From: a virus
Direction: 5' to 3' (one strand)
IMG/VR virus record: IMGVR_UViG_3300020733_000010
Coordinates: 114,145 to 178,144 of that record
DNA length: 64,000 nucleotides
The notes below the pieces were generated by a model, which saw only the letters and a program-made list of their open reading frames with translations, was not told the DNA's origin and did not search any database. Below are positions 37,875-47,891 of the stretch, one piece after another (the first letter of the stretch is position 1; each line of letters begins with the position of its first letter). Position numbers and translations under genes: made by a program.

Positions 37875-39919
37875 GTTTATCAGGACAACATACACCCCTA
37901 CAGTTAAACACATTTGCTAGTCTGTTACAGAACCAAGGCTTGAATATCAACGCCAATGCAGTAACATACATGGGTTCTAGCAACAGTGTCAGTAACTATA
38001 CGTATGGAACAATAACTACGGGTACAGTACTAGATAAACTAACAAAAGCAATTAGATTAGGTTATGGACTGATCGGTAGTGGTGCAAGTCATATATCACA
38101 AGCAACATACAATAATCTAATTAGTATCGGATCCGCAGATATTCCAGCATTAGGAAATAGTGTTCCATCAAGTTATACAGGAACATATACTGGTGAATTA
38201 ACTAGTTATGGATTCTTAAGATTATTTTCACTACAAGCATATAACGAATTTTATTTGAATAATGGAAGTTACAGTGATTTCCTACAGTCATTTAGTGTTT
38301 GTCATAGTTATGCAGTTCAACAAAACAACTTAATTAATAGCATGATTGCTAGTCAAACATTCATGGATGGTGCATACAGCAACATGAATGACTTAACCAC
38401 AGGTGATATCACAGGTGTAACACTAGCGACACTATATTGGGGACAAGATTTAATTGCTAGTGGACGATCTATTGATTTGAGTAGTATTGATAGATTTGGT
38501 AGTCCTGACGTATTACTAAAAACATTAAGCAAAAACAAAGCAATTACACCCGCGGTAAGTTTAGCATTATTAAGTGCGGGATTAGAAACGTCACAGATAC
38601 TAGATATTATTAATAGTAAAACTACACCCACCCCAGATCAACAAAAACGCATCTATCTAGCATTACATGTAATATTAGGTAAAGACTTATCGGACGTTTG
38701 TACAATACTTAACTGTCAAACACCTAATCTCAATACACTAGCGGATTTACTAGATCCTAAGAAACTATTCCCTAACAGTTATACAACACTAACTGTCCCA
38801 GTATATAACACTAGCAAAGTACCTACAAATAGCAAAACATACTATTTGATTTACACAAACACGGGGGTTAATAAACTACCCGGATACAATTTTGGTAGTT
38901 ATTTGACTGGTGTATTACCCGATGATATTGCATATGCTTGTGGTGCATTCAGCACAAGCATGATGCAGATTAAACATATTCAATCCACGAATATTGAAAA
39001 CTTCAGCCAAGTTGTCACACACTTGGAAAACGTATCAGATTTAACAATACCTAACAGTTCAAAACCAACAGGAGATCATGTTGCTGGTGCAGTATCAATC
39101 ATAGCATTAGGATCGGGACCTAACGGTACATACACAATGGGTGACTTTTTTGGTGCAATGACGGATGTACACTATGATTGGATGAATTTACAGCAACAAA
39201 TCATTGGATTACAGTCAACTACATTAATTACAATATATAATGAAATATACACGCTACTCAATGGCTCTAGTCCATATACGGGGCTACAGGCTCTTATTGA
39301 TGCAGCAAACACAGAAATACACAATATTAGCCTTGCTAATGCACAAGCAGCACAGAATTTGAATTCTTTGTATAGTCAATTTGGTGACTATTTACTAAAA
39401 GAACAAAACGCTAGGAGTTTAGCGATTTCCAATCCTAGCGGTATAACTTCTACCACGAATGATGTTTCAGCTTTCATAGATAGCTTAAATCAATATGGTA
39501 CTCAAACTGAGGATGATGGCACTGTTCTCATACTTGAGTCAATCGCAGACCAGACTAACATAGGAGGAAACAGTCTAATAGGTGCTATGCGTGAGATCCG
39601 TAACGCAACTCGCTTAGGATTAGCAGGATTAAGATTGGATAACGATATTCAAACGAATACACTTCAATTGCCTAGGGTTCCAGGAACCACTAGCGGAGAA
39701 AGTCCTGTATCAAATTATACTGGTATTATAAATAACGTTCCTATTATTACAGGTGCCAGTACAACGCCGGGAAGCCTAGGAGGTAGTCCCGCAACATCAC
39801 TAGTTCCCACCAATTTAAGTATCTTTGATACCGGTGTAAAACCTAGTGTTCTCTCTCCTGCAAGTGCAGTTGATACAACAGTGTTGTGCAATTGTGATTG
39901 CTGGGACTTAATAAAATGA
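37871..39919 (+). CDS. Large hypothetical virion protein (682 aa)
   Basis: Long intact ORF coupled to the PAAR gene; ends in Cys-rich CNCDCW. Confidence 0.6.
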   Translation: MSLSGQHTPLQLNTFASLLQNQGLNINANAVTYMGSSNSVSNYTYGTITTGTVLDKLTKAIRLGYGLIGSGASHISQATYNNLISIGSADIPALGNSVPSSYTGTYTGELTSYGFLRLFSLQAYNEFYLNNGSYSDFLQSFSVCHSYAVQQNNLINSMIASQTFMDGAYSNMNDLTTGDITGVTLATLYWGQDLIASGRSIDLSSIDRFGSPDVLLKTLSKNKAITPAVSLALLSAGLETSQILDIINSKTTPTPDQQKRIYLALHVILGKDLSDVCTILNCQTPNLNTLADLLDPKKLFPNSYTTLTVPVYNTSKVPTNSKTYYLIYTNTGVNKLPGYNFGSYLTGVLPDDIAYACGAFSTSMMQIKHIQSTNIENFSQVVTHLENVSDLTIPNSSKPTGDHVAGAVSIIALGSGPNGTYTMGDFFGAMTDVHYDWMNLQQQIIGLQSTTLITIYNEIYTLLNGSSPYTGLQALIDAANTEIHNISLANAQAAQNLNSLYSQFGDYLLKEQNARSLAISNPSGITSTTNDVSAFIDSLNQYGTQTEDDGTVLILESIADQTNIGGNSLIGAMREIRNATRLGLAGLRLDNDIQTNTLQLPRVPGTTSGESPVSNYTGIINNVPIITGASTTPGSLGGSPATSLVPTNLSIFDTGVKPSVLSPASAVDTTVLCNCDCWDLIK

Positions 39920-39950
39920 TTATCTAATCATTAAAATTTAGGAGTCAATT

Positions 39951-40586
39951 ATGACATACATAAACATTATTAAAATGTTTCTGTTGTTGCCTATAATTGT
40001 AACAGGTACATATCTGGCGAATGTGTACAACAAAATGCAACAACCGATCCCAAAAGAGCCAGTCAAGGTGGCTAAAGTTGTGGATCAAAAACAATTAAGT
40101 TGTTTAGCGGACAACATCTACTATGAAGCAGGCTCGGAAATAACTGAGGGCAAAGCTGCCGTCGCTCGTGTAGTATTAAACCGTATTAACAACGGAGGAT
40201 TTGGGTCAACACCATGTAAAGTTGTATACCAAATGACACAAGTAAAACAAATCAATACTGATACAGAAGAACCATTTTGGATAAAAGTCTGTCAATTTAG
40301 TTGGGTTTGTGAGGGTAAGGGTAACCCAAACAAACGTGACCCACGTTACCAAAAGAGTTTACAGGTGGCATATGATGTGTTAGCATATGATGCATATAAG
40401 GATATAATTCCACGTAGTGTATTATATTTTCACAACACAAGCATAACACCTGATTGGCCGCATGAAGTTGTGAAGAAAATAGGAAATCACATATTCTATA
40501 GAAAATCGCATAAACATGGACATAACCAAACGCATAAATATAACACGGTCACCACAACGCAATCTTTTCCAGAAGAAAAGGTATAA
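39951..40586 (+). CDS. SleB/CwlJ-family cell wall hydrolase with N-terminal membrane anchor
   Basis: CLADNIYYEAGSE, AVARVVLNR, CQFSW, LYFHN, IGNHIFY motifs; SD aggag. Confidence 0.88.
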   Translation: MTYINIIKMFLLLPIIVTGTYLANVYNKMQQPIPKEPVKVAKVVDQKQLSCLADNIYYEAGSEITEGKAAVARVVLNRINNGGFGSTPCKVVYQMTQVKQINTDTEEPFWIKVCQFSWVCEGKGNPNKRDPRYQKSLQVAYDVLAYDAYKDIIPRSVLYFHNTSITPDWPHEVVKKIGNHIFYRKSHKHGHNQTHKYNTVTTTQSFPEEKV

Positions 40587-41103
40587 GGATAAGTTGCTAT
40601 TAGATCCAAATAATGAAGTTGCAAAAGATATGTTAGAAAATATAGATTTTGAAGAACATCGTAAATTAGATTTGGAAAATGACCCAGAGTGGCGTAAAGA
40701 CAATTTAGAATATGACTTGCGTACCAATGAATATATGGTAAATAAAGTTAGAACTGATATAGTCTATGCCCAACATCTGTATGCTGCATTGTGTAACAAC
40801 GACTATCAAAAGAATGATGTGTGGCCTATACTACAGGATAAACGCTGGAGTTGCAGTTGGCGGTATGCTGGTGGCATACTTGCTAACATGTGCGGTGAGG
40901 GCGATTACATGGATTGGTACTGTAGTGGAATTACCTCGTCTACGGATATAACTGATGAAGAATTTGCCCAAATGACAAAAGAAAGGCAAGAAAGTTACCT
41001 AACAAGTAAACGGTTTGTCAGTGAAGGCGTTATAAGTAGTGAGATACTTGAAGATTTGTTTAATTTGGGTTGGAAGCCCGTAGGAGATAACAATGAGTTT
41101 TAA
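40516..41103 (+). CDS. Hypothetical protein (start uncertain)
   Basis: Acidic ORF with LYAALCNN and WSCSWRYAGG..A...GEGDYMDWYCSG motifs. Confidence 0.6.
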   Translation: MDITKRINITRSPQRNLFQKKRYKDKLLLDPNNEVAKDMLENIDFEEHRKLDLENDPEWRKDNLEYDLRTNEYMVNKVRTDIVYAQHLYAALCNNDYQKNDVWPILQDKRWSCSWRYAGGILANMCGEGDYMDWYCSGITSSTDITDEEFAQMTKERQESYLTSKRFVSEGVISSEILEDLFNLGWKPVGDNNEF

Positions 41104-41386
41104 AAAGATTTTAATTGGTACTACACTATTAATTAGTGTTTCAGCGTTTGCCCAACATGGACATTGGGAACGTCACGGTGGTGGTTGGGGCTGGGTAGCT
41201 CCTGTAGTTATCGGTGGCGCAATCGGCTATGAACTAGCACGTCCTGTAGCACCTGTAGTTATTACTCAGCAACCACCGGTTGTTATTCAACAACCGCAAG
41301 TTGTGCAAACACAAAACTGTAGCCCATGGACTGAAATTCGTAACCCTGACGGTACTGTAACTGTTACCCGTACTTGCACACAGTAA
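41093..41386 (+). CDS. Small secreted/membrane Pro-rich protein (97 aa)
   Basis: Signal-peptide-like N-terminus, GGGWGWVAP, and a C-terminal Cys pair (CSPW...TC). Confidence 0.6.
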   Translation: MSFKKILIGTTLLISVSAFAQHGHWERHGGGWGWVAPVVIGGAIGYELARPVAPVVITQQPPVVIQQPQVVQTQNCSPWTEIRNPDGTVTVTRTCTQ

Positions 41387-41409
41387 TTTGTTAGCACAGA
41401 CGTACTATA

Positions 41410-41416
41410 TTAAATA
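41410..41416 (+). promoter_or_regulatory. T4-type late promoter motif heading the + strand enzyme operon
   Basis: TTAAATA immediately upstream of the FkbM start; the same motif precedes many genes in the window. Confidence 0.55.
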
Positions 41417-41417
41417 G

Positions 41418-42251
41418 TTGATGGCATTTAATATAAACGACTATTTTAACGAAATTAAACCCAACTTGGTTGAAGTAGAGACTAAAGTTGGGAGTATGGC
41501 AGTATATAACCATGACCAAATCATTAGCACAGCATTATTGTTGTATGGTGAATATTGTCATGCAGAAGTAGATATACTCTGTAGATATCTCAATAATAAA
41601 TCCGTTTATTTAGACGTTGGAACTAATATTGGCTATCAGTTACGTGCAGTATACTTTCAATCAAAAGCAAACTGTATTGGATTTGAGCCACACATCACAC
41701 ATTTTACGGTTGCAGCATACAACTGTCAACATTTCCCCATTAAGATTATCAATAGTGCGTTAGGTAACGGTAAGGGTAAAACCATTATCAGCGACTTTGA
41801 CTTAGAAGTAACTAGCAATTATGGGGAAGTTCATATCTGTGACGAGGGTATTGAAGCAAATATATCACGCATAGACGACTTGAAACTAGCGGGGTTAGAC
41901 GCAATTAAGATAGACACTGAGGGTACGGAACTTGATGTACTTAAGGGTGGATTAAGAACTATTAAAAAGTATCGTCCAGTTATATTATTTGAAGCTAACA
42001 CAGATTATACAAAATCCGTAAAGTACTTAGAAAAGCAAAATTATAGTTTTTATTGGGTCAGTTGTAGATATAGCCCAATGAGTGCTAACTTTAAAGGAAA
42101 TATGAATAATCCTTTTGGACGTGCGGGAAGCACAAACATATTAGCAGTACCCGTTGAACGTGAGCAACCTACAGATTTATTGCCCCTAGTTGGTGGTGAG
42201 AATCATAGTGAAACAGTCACACGAATAGAAAATTACAAGTTAGTATTTTAA
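41418..42251 (+). CDS. FkbM-family SAM-dependent methyltransferase
   Basis: YLDVGTNIGY, IGFEP, ALG, IKIDTEG.ELDVLKG, PVILFE motifs. Confidence 0.9.
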   Translation: MMAFNINDYFNEIKPNLVEVETKVGSMAVYNHDQIISTALLLYGEYCHAEVDILCRYLNNKSVYLDVGTNIGYQLRAVYFQSKANCIGFEPHITHFTVAAYNCQHFPIKIINSALGNGKGKTIISDFDLEVTSNYGEVHICDEGIEANISRIDDLKLAGLDAIKIDTEGTELDVLKGGLRTIKKYRPVILFEANTDYTKSVKYLEKQNYSFYWVSCRYSPMSANFKGNMNNPFGRAGSTNILAVPVEREQPTDLLPLVGGENHSETVTRIENYKLVF

Positions 42252-42785
42252 ATGATAATACACAAAATACATGATAATTCCAACAGTCACGTGATGAAAC
42301 TACTAACTGACGAGTTTAGTACAATCACGGATACTGATATCATCAAAAACTATCATCCAGACTATATGAATGAACCCAGCAACATCTTTTATATACTGAA
42401 TGATAGAAATGGAAGATATCACAATGGGGCATATTATGTTATTGAAGAAGATGGATTTGTTGCTAGTGCAGGATATAATGAGTACGACCAAGACACAATA
42501 TTAGCCATAACACGCATGTATGTGTCAGTTAATTATAGGGCTAAGTTTTATATAGGAAAATATGTCTTGCCCACTATACTTGAAGACACAAAACACTATA
42601 GTAAGATTTGGATAACATTCAACGACTATAATCATATATTGTATCAGTATTTTGTAAGAACTAGTCAGGATAAACGAACCGGCTTATATGCACCCTGGCC
42701 TGATATCTATAAACAATTTAAACCCATAGGAAAAAAGACAATAAATCATACTGAGCAGTATGTAGTTGAAAAGAGGAACATATGA
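42252..42785 (+). CDS. GNAT-fold acyltransferase-like protein
   Basis: YYVIEEDGFVASAG...ITRMYVSVNYR motif-A-like segment; fold is inferred by eye. Confidence 0.55.
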   Translation: MIIHKIHDNSNSHVMKLLTDEFSTITDTDIIKNYHPDYMNEPSNIFYILNDRNGRYHNGAYYVIEEDGFVASAGYNEYDQDTILAITRMYVSVNYRAKFYIGKYVLPTILEDTKHYSKIWITFNDYNHILYQYFVRTSQDKRTGLYAPWPDIYKQFKPIGKKTINHTEQYVVEKRNI

Positions 42786-43000
42786 CAGACCAAGAAAAGA
42801 TTGAATTTTTGCAGACAGCAATCAAAGAGTTGTTTAACCGTAGTGTAAACATAAGTCCTGACAACTTATTGATTGACCTAAAACTAGACTCACTAGATAT
42901 TGTCGAGTTACAAGTATATTATGAAGAACAGTCCGGTATTGAGTTATCTGACGATACCAAACTGGTTACCGTTAAAAACTTAATGGATTTGATGAAATGA
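42782..43000 (+). CDS. Acyl carrier protein 1
   Basis: Acidic 72-aa protein with LxLDSLDIVEL phosphopantetheine-serine motif. Confidence 0.9.
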   Translation: MTDQEKIEFLQTAIKELFNRSVNISPDNLLIDLKLDSLDIVELQVYYEEQSGIELSDDTKLVTVKNLMDLMK

Positions 43001-43920
43001 ACTATACGTTCAATAACCACTTAAAATATACGATAGGTGGCAGACTTTATGGAGCAAGAACTAGTCCAACGGAAAAGTTTGAAGTATCTGTGGGTCAAAT
43101 TGATGTTGAACAATATAAAAATAGTACGTTCCGTGACGAGTTATTACGAACCGCAGATTTAGTCTATAAAGACTATGGTAAAGACTTTGCATTGTTTCTA
43201 AGTGGTGGTACTGATTCTGAGATTGTTTTAAGAAACTTTTTAGATATTGGGGTTAAACCACAATGCTATACGATTTGTTTTGAGAATGAATATAACAGAA
43301 CCGATGTTAATGAAGCAATAGACCTAGCTAAGGAATTAGACGTTAAATTAAATATCATTGACTTTAACGTAAAAGACTTTCTATACAGCGGGGAAGCAAG
43401 TGAGTTTGGAAACAAGATACAATGTACACAGATTACATATCTTATGGTCTATCGTTGTATCAAACAGTTGGGTTTGCCCAGTGTCATGGGCGGAGAATTA
43501 TTACTTAAACGAAACATATATACTGAACCGACTACTTGGTACTATTGTTTCCGTGAAAATGAAGATGCTAGTGCAATTAGATTCAGTGAAACATACAATA
43601 TCCCATTGGTCAACGAATGGTTCAGTTATACCCCTGAACTAATGTTGTTCTATTTAGAACAACAAGCTATACACAGTTTGGTCAACGAAAAATACAATTA
43701 TAAATTAACTTCGGTAAGTAGCAAAAATGCTATTTTAAAACAGTTATTACCCGAAATCCGTGTACGTAAAAAGACGCATGGATTTGAAAAGTTATTGGGT
43801 TTTAACTATGAAGCATATAGACAATTATCCAGTGAGCAAATTCCCAGACTTGAGCAAAGTTTAGATGGCATCGAATTCTATACACTATTAGATAGGTTAA
43901 AAGGTAATGAAGGTAATTAA
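42997..43920 (+). CDS. PP-loop ATP pyrophosphatase (asparagine-synthetase-like C-terminal domain)
   Basis: LFLSGGTDSE PP-loop; no N-terminal glutaminase domain. Confidence 0.75.
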   Translation: MNYTFNNHLKYTIGGRLYGARTSPTEKFEVSVGQIDVEQYKNSTFRDELLRTADLVYKDYGKDFALFLSGGTDSEIVLRNFLDIGVKPQCYTICFENEYNRTDVNEAIDLAKELDVKLNIIDFNVKDFLYSGEASEFGNKIQCTQITYLMVYRCIKQLGLPSVMGGELLLKRNIYTEPTTWYYCFRENEDASAIRFSETYNIPLVNEWFSYTPELMLFYLEQQAIHSLVNEKYNYKLTSVSSKNAILKQLLPEIRVRKKTHGFEKLLGFNYEAYRQLSSEQIPRLEQSLDGIEFYTLLDRLKGNEGN

Positions 43921-44503
43921 GTTATCAAGTGAGCACGTAAACACAGTTAGACCATTGTTTGAGGGTCCTAACTTCATGGGCGTGGATAGTACAACCAACT
44001 ATTTTATAGATAGTACAGAGAACTTTGTTGACTTTTACCATGAAGCATTTTGTCACGCATACTTAACCAATTTAACTAACTATCAAAGTTTTGCGGTATT
44101 GGATGACAATGATACAATTGAGTGCTTGATTGCGTTTTATGAGAGTATTGACGATGCCAGCTGGTACTGGACTCAAATACGTAGTAGAGGGAACAAACAT
44201 GCAATTAGATTATGTTTGGACAGTGTAATTGACTATAATGAAAACAACAATAGATTTAAGTTCTATAGCATGTTTCCTAGCAAATATATTGAGTTATACC
44301 GTAGATTAGCATTCAGCGAAACAAACCGTGAACGCTATGATAGTTTTGATGAATATTTGGTTGAGCCAAGAACACAGTGCCCGTTTAGTCTAGCATGGCA
44401 TATATTGTACAATAGAACATTAGTTCCTGTAGAAACAGTAGTTCGCTGCACATACTTAAAAAGACAATATAGAAACACTGTTCCTAACTTGGGGAAACTA
44501 TAA
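43907..44503 (+). CDS. GNAT-like hypothetical protein, paralog A
   Basis: Shares FMG, (I/L)xFYESxDxxxWY, VIxYNExNxRxKFY, RYxxFDExLV and VVRCxxLK motifs with the next gene. Confidence 0.55.
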   Translation: MKVIKLSSEHVNTVRPLFEGPNFMGVDSTTNYFIDSTENFVDFYHEAFCHAYLTNLTNYQSFAVLDDNDTIECLIAFYESIDDASWYWTQIRSRGNKHAIRLCLDSVIDYNENNNRFKFYSMFPSKYIELYRRLAFSETNRERYDSFDEYLVEPRTQCPFSLAWHILYNRTLVPVETVVRCTYLKRQYRNTVPNLGKL

Positions 44504-45072
44504 TGCCGGTGATTAAACTAGACCAATCACACAGAGAGTTATGCAAAGATATATTTAACCATGATAAATTCATGGGTTTGGAAGTGAATGAGCAGGTTAA
44601 TAATGTACTTTATGATAGATTTTGCAATACATATCTATTTGACTTAAAAAACTTCCATTGTTTTGCGAATGTAATTGATGAACAAATCAAAGCACTGATT
44701 ACCTTTTATGAGAGTGTTGACGAACCCGCTTGGTATTATACACTGTACAGAAGCATGGGTGATAACAACTTGTTGCGTGAAGTATTAGATACAGTCATAG
44801 AATATAACGAAAAGAACGGAAGATTGAAGTTTTACACACTTGTGCGTAGTAACCATTCAAAGTTACTTAGAAGATTTCATTGGAGTAAATACAATAATGA
44901 GCGTTATGGATATTTTGATGAGTGTCTAGTTCCTGCAAGACATAAAAGCTATTACAATAATCACTGGGAATTGTTGTTTAAAAATATCTTGTTACCAGAA
45001 GATTCTGTTGTACGTTGTAACTTTCTCAAGCAGGAATATAGAAAAACATTGCCGATAGGTGGGAATTTATGA
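44503..45072 (+). CDS. GNAT-like hypothetical protein, paralog B
   Basis: Tandem paralog of 43907..44503; coupled by TAATG. Confidence 0.55.
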   Translation: MPVIKLDQSHRELCKDIFNHDKFMGLEVNEQVNNVLYDRFCNTYLFDLKNFHCFANVIDEQIKALITFYESVDEPAWYYTLYRSMGDNNLLREVLDTVIEYNEKNGRLKFYTLVRSNHSKLLRRFHWSKYNNERYGYFDECLVPARHKSYYNNHWELLFKNILLPEDSVVRCNFLKQEYRKTLPIGGNL

Positions 45073-45860
45073 ATTTAAAGAGTGTTGCACAAGCGTTTTG
45101 GTTTCAGTTCTTTCCAGCAATATTGCTAGGATCGACAACCATCGTGTTATTGTGCATGGGTATTATTCCAATATACTATTTGTGTTATACATTTATCATG
45201 TGGGTATTGGTATGTGGATTGGGCATTGCTGTAGGATATCATAGGGTATTTGCACATAGAACACATAAACTTCCACAATGGAAAGAAAACATTATATTAT
45301 TCTTTGCGGTGTTTGCAGGTCAAGGTGCAAGCATATTTTGGGTGGCTATGCATAGAGGATATCATCATCCATACAGCGACACAATAAAAGACTATCATAG
45401 TCCAGTTGCATATAACAAATTTACTGCATTTGTGGGCTGGTATTTTAGAATTACTGAAACTGAGAACCTTGTTAACTTAAAGGGTTCTATTGACTTGTTA
45501 CGCAAAAAGAACCATCTATTCTTCCACAACTATTATAAAAGAATACTATGGGGTGTTCCTTTATTAGTTGCATGTATTGACTGGAAGTTTGCATTGACTG
45601 GATTCTGTCTAGTCACTATGATTGGATCACTACAAGATAATCTTGTAAATGTCTATGGGCATTACAAGGGACTATTAGGTTATAGAAACTTTGAAACCAG
45701 AGATAACTCACATAATAACTTTATTCTTGGATATCTAGCATGGGGACAGGGCTGGCACAATAATCACCATTATGCCCCCTCATCATTTGACTTTGGATCA
45801 GGTGTAAGCGGAAAATGGTACGAGTTTGATCCTTGTAGGTTACTAAAACCTTTATTATAA
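45069..45860 (+). CDS. Membrane-bound fatty acid desaturase 1 (delta-9-like)
   Basis: His boxes HRVFAH, HRGYHH and HNNHH; hydrophobic helices; GQGWHNNHH. Confidence 0.9.
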   Translation: MNLKSVAQAFWFQFFPAILLGSTTIVLLCMGIIPIYYLCYTFIMWVLVCGLGIAVGYHRVFAHRTHKLPQWKENIILFFAVFAGQGASIFWVAMHRGYHHPYSDTIKDYHSPVAYNKFTAFVGWYFRITETENLVNLKGSIDLLRKKNHLFFHNYYKRILWGVPLLVACIDWKFALTGFCLVTMIGSLQDNLVNVYGHYKGLLGYRNFETRDNSHNNFILGYLAWGQGWHNNHHYAPSSFDFGSGVSGKWYEFDPCRLLKPLL

Positions 45861-46762
45861 TGGATACATTCTATAACAATTGGTTTGTACATGGGTACAA
45901 CAATGACCCAACGATAACCAAAAGACAAACAAAAACTGATAAGTTCTGTGTTGAGTTTGAACAAAATACCAATGATATTCTACCATTGCGTGAAGCAGTT
46001 AGACATAACAATAACTGTATCAAAGAATGTGCAGGGGATAGTGATATCTATGTGATGCTAAGTGGCGGGTACGACAGCCAATCTATCGCCAAAACAATGG
46101 TCGAAGATAATATAAAATTCACAGCATTAACGTTTGATTTTGGAAGAAACTTAAACGAGTTTGATGTGTCTGAAAGCAAAAGATTATGCGACCAGTATAA
46201 TATCCCACTAAAGATTGTGTCCTTTGACTTAATTGACTATTTCAGTACAGGAGAGTTTAAGCAATATTGCGAAATGACACACTGTAACTATCAATATAAC
46301 TATGTGTACATGCATGGGTTACGTGATATCAATGGGGTAGTTGTTAGTGGGCATGGTGACCAAGAGTTTGAGTTCAATGATAACGGTAAGTATTGGGTAT
46401 TTGAAGAACAACTATTCACTATGTTTGAATATGTAAAACATAGTAAAATGGATAGGTACATACGCTATCATGCATTTACCAAAGAATTGTGGTATAGCAC
46501 GTATGAACTGTATTGGAAACACTTGACTAACAAAAAAGAACACTATACAATAAAGACTAGATTATACAATGATTTAGGATTAACTGAGCGTGTTAAATAT
46601 ACAGGGTTCGAGCCGTATGTAACAGATATCCTTGACCCATATAAACAGTTAAGACATTCGGTGCATAGGTATTTGATAAATCGTTTTCCTAGCTCACAGA
46701 ATGATATTGAAAACTTACTTGCTGAAAAAGCAACAGGTGACTTATTTTTAGTAAAATGTTAA
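45860..46762 (+). CDS. PP-loop ATP pyrophosphatase, second paralog
   Basis: VMLSGGYDSQ PP-loop; ending KYTGFE mirrors KTHGFE of 42997..43920. Confidence 0.72.
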   Translation: MDTFYNNWFVHGYNNDPTITKRQTKTDKFCVEFEQNTNDILPLREAVRHNNNCIKECAGDSDIYVMLSGGYDSQSIAKTMVEDNIKFTALTFDFGRNLNEFDVSESKRLCDQYNIPLKIVSFDLIDYFSTGEFKQYCEMTHCNYQYNYVYMHGLRDINGVVVSGHGDQEFEFNDNGKYWVFEEQLFTMFEYVKHSKMDRYIRYHAFTKELWYSTYELYWKHLTNKKEHYTIKTRLYNDLGLTERVKYTGFEPYVTDILDPYKQLRHSVHRYLINRFPSSQNDIENLLAEKATGDLFLVKC

Positions 46763-47535
46763 ATCACATTCCAAAATACGTTTGTTTCAGTTTTGTGCCA
46801 TTTGTGATGGCGAGTTTAGTTACGGTTGTTTTATACTGCATTGGTGTCATACCCACATACTATCTAATCTATACACTGATTGGATGGATATTGATACCCG
46901 GTCTAGGATTAGCAGTGGGCTATCATAGAATGTTTTCACATCAAAACTATCAGAATATTCCATTATGGAAAGAAAACATTATATTGTTTCTTGGAACATT
47001 GTCAGGACAGGGTTCAAGTATCACATACTCAGCACTACATCGTGGATATCATCATCCATACAGTGACACAGAGAAAGATATACATAGCCCAATACATGGT
47101 AAATACAATAGCTTTATAGGATGGGCTACAAAACTAACTGAATCAAATCCCGTCATCAAGTTAAAGTTTGCGGGCAGACTATTGAGTAAAAGTAACCATG
47201 TTTGGTTTCACAAACATCACTTAAAAATAATGTATATTGTTCCATTAACAGTTGCATTGTTTGACTGGAAACTAAGTCTAGCACTATTATGCTTACCTGC
47301 AGGTATTGCTATGCTACAAGATAACACGGTCAATGTATTCTGTCATATAAAGACATTTATGGGATATAAAAACTTTGAAACAAAAGACAATTCAGAGAAC
47401 AATTTTATTCTAGGTTATTTGGGCTGGGGACAGGGCTGGCACAATAATCATCATCACGATCCTAAAATGTTTAGTTTTAGAGTAACGTGGTATGAGTTTG
47501 ATCCCTGTGTTATTTTTATACCATTACTAAAATGA
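46756..47535 (+). CDS. Membrane-bound fatty acid desaturase 2
   Basis: His boxes HRMFSH, HRGYHH and HNNHH; close paralog of 45069..45860. Confidence 0.9.
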   Translation: MLNHIPKYVCFSFVPFVMASLVTVVLYCIGVIPTYYLIYTLIGWILIPGLGLAVGYHRMFSHQNYQNIPLWKENIILFLGTLSGQGSSITYSALHRGYHHPYSDTEKDIHSPIHGKYNSFIGWATKLTESNPVIKLKFAGRLLSKSNHVWFHKHHLKIMYIVPLTVALFDWKLSLALLCLPAGIAMLQDNTVNVFCHIKTFMGYKNFETKDNSENNFILGYLGWGQGWHNNHHHDPKMFSFRVTWYEFDPCVIFIPLLK

Positions 47536-47891
47536 TAGTTGGAATCGGAACAGACATTACAAACAGTGATAGGTTTCAAGTTGACGGGAAACCTAAAGAT
47601 AAACTTGCACTAAAGATAATGACCTTTAGAGAGCATGTTATATATTGTACATTACCTGATAACTTAAAGATAATTTATCTTGCAAAGATTTGGTCTATTA
47701 AAGAAGCAGCAAGCAAAGCATATGGTACGGGTATTGGTAAGTTATTGTACTGGACAGATATTGAAGCATCCAAAGACCAATTGGGTAAACCTACATTAAG
47801 ACTAATAAACTATCCCAAGATAAATGCACATGTTTCTACATCGGATGAAAAGAACATGGTTGTTTCTATGGTGTTATTAGAGACTGACTGA
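47532..47891 (+). CDS. acpS: Holo-ACP synthase (4'-phosphopantetheinyl transferase)
   Basis: IVGIGTDI, WSIKEAASKAYGTGIG, DQLGKP and HVSTSDE motifs; 119 aa. Confidence 0.92.
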   Translation: MIVGIGTDITNSDRFQVDGKPKDKLALKIMTFREHVIYCTLPDNLKIIYLAKIWSIKEAASKAYGTGIGKLLYWTDIEASKDQLGKPTLRLINYPKINAHVSTSDEKNMVVSMVLLETD

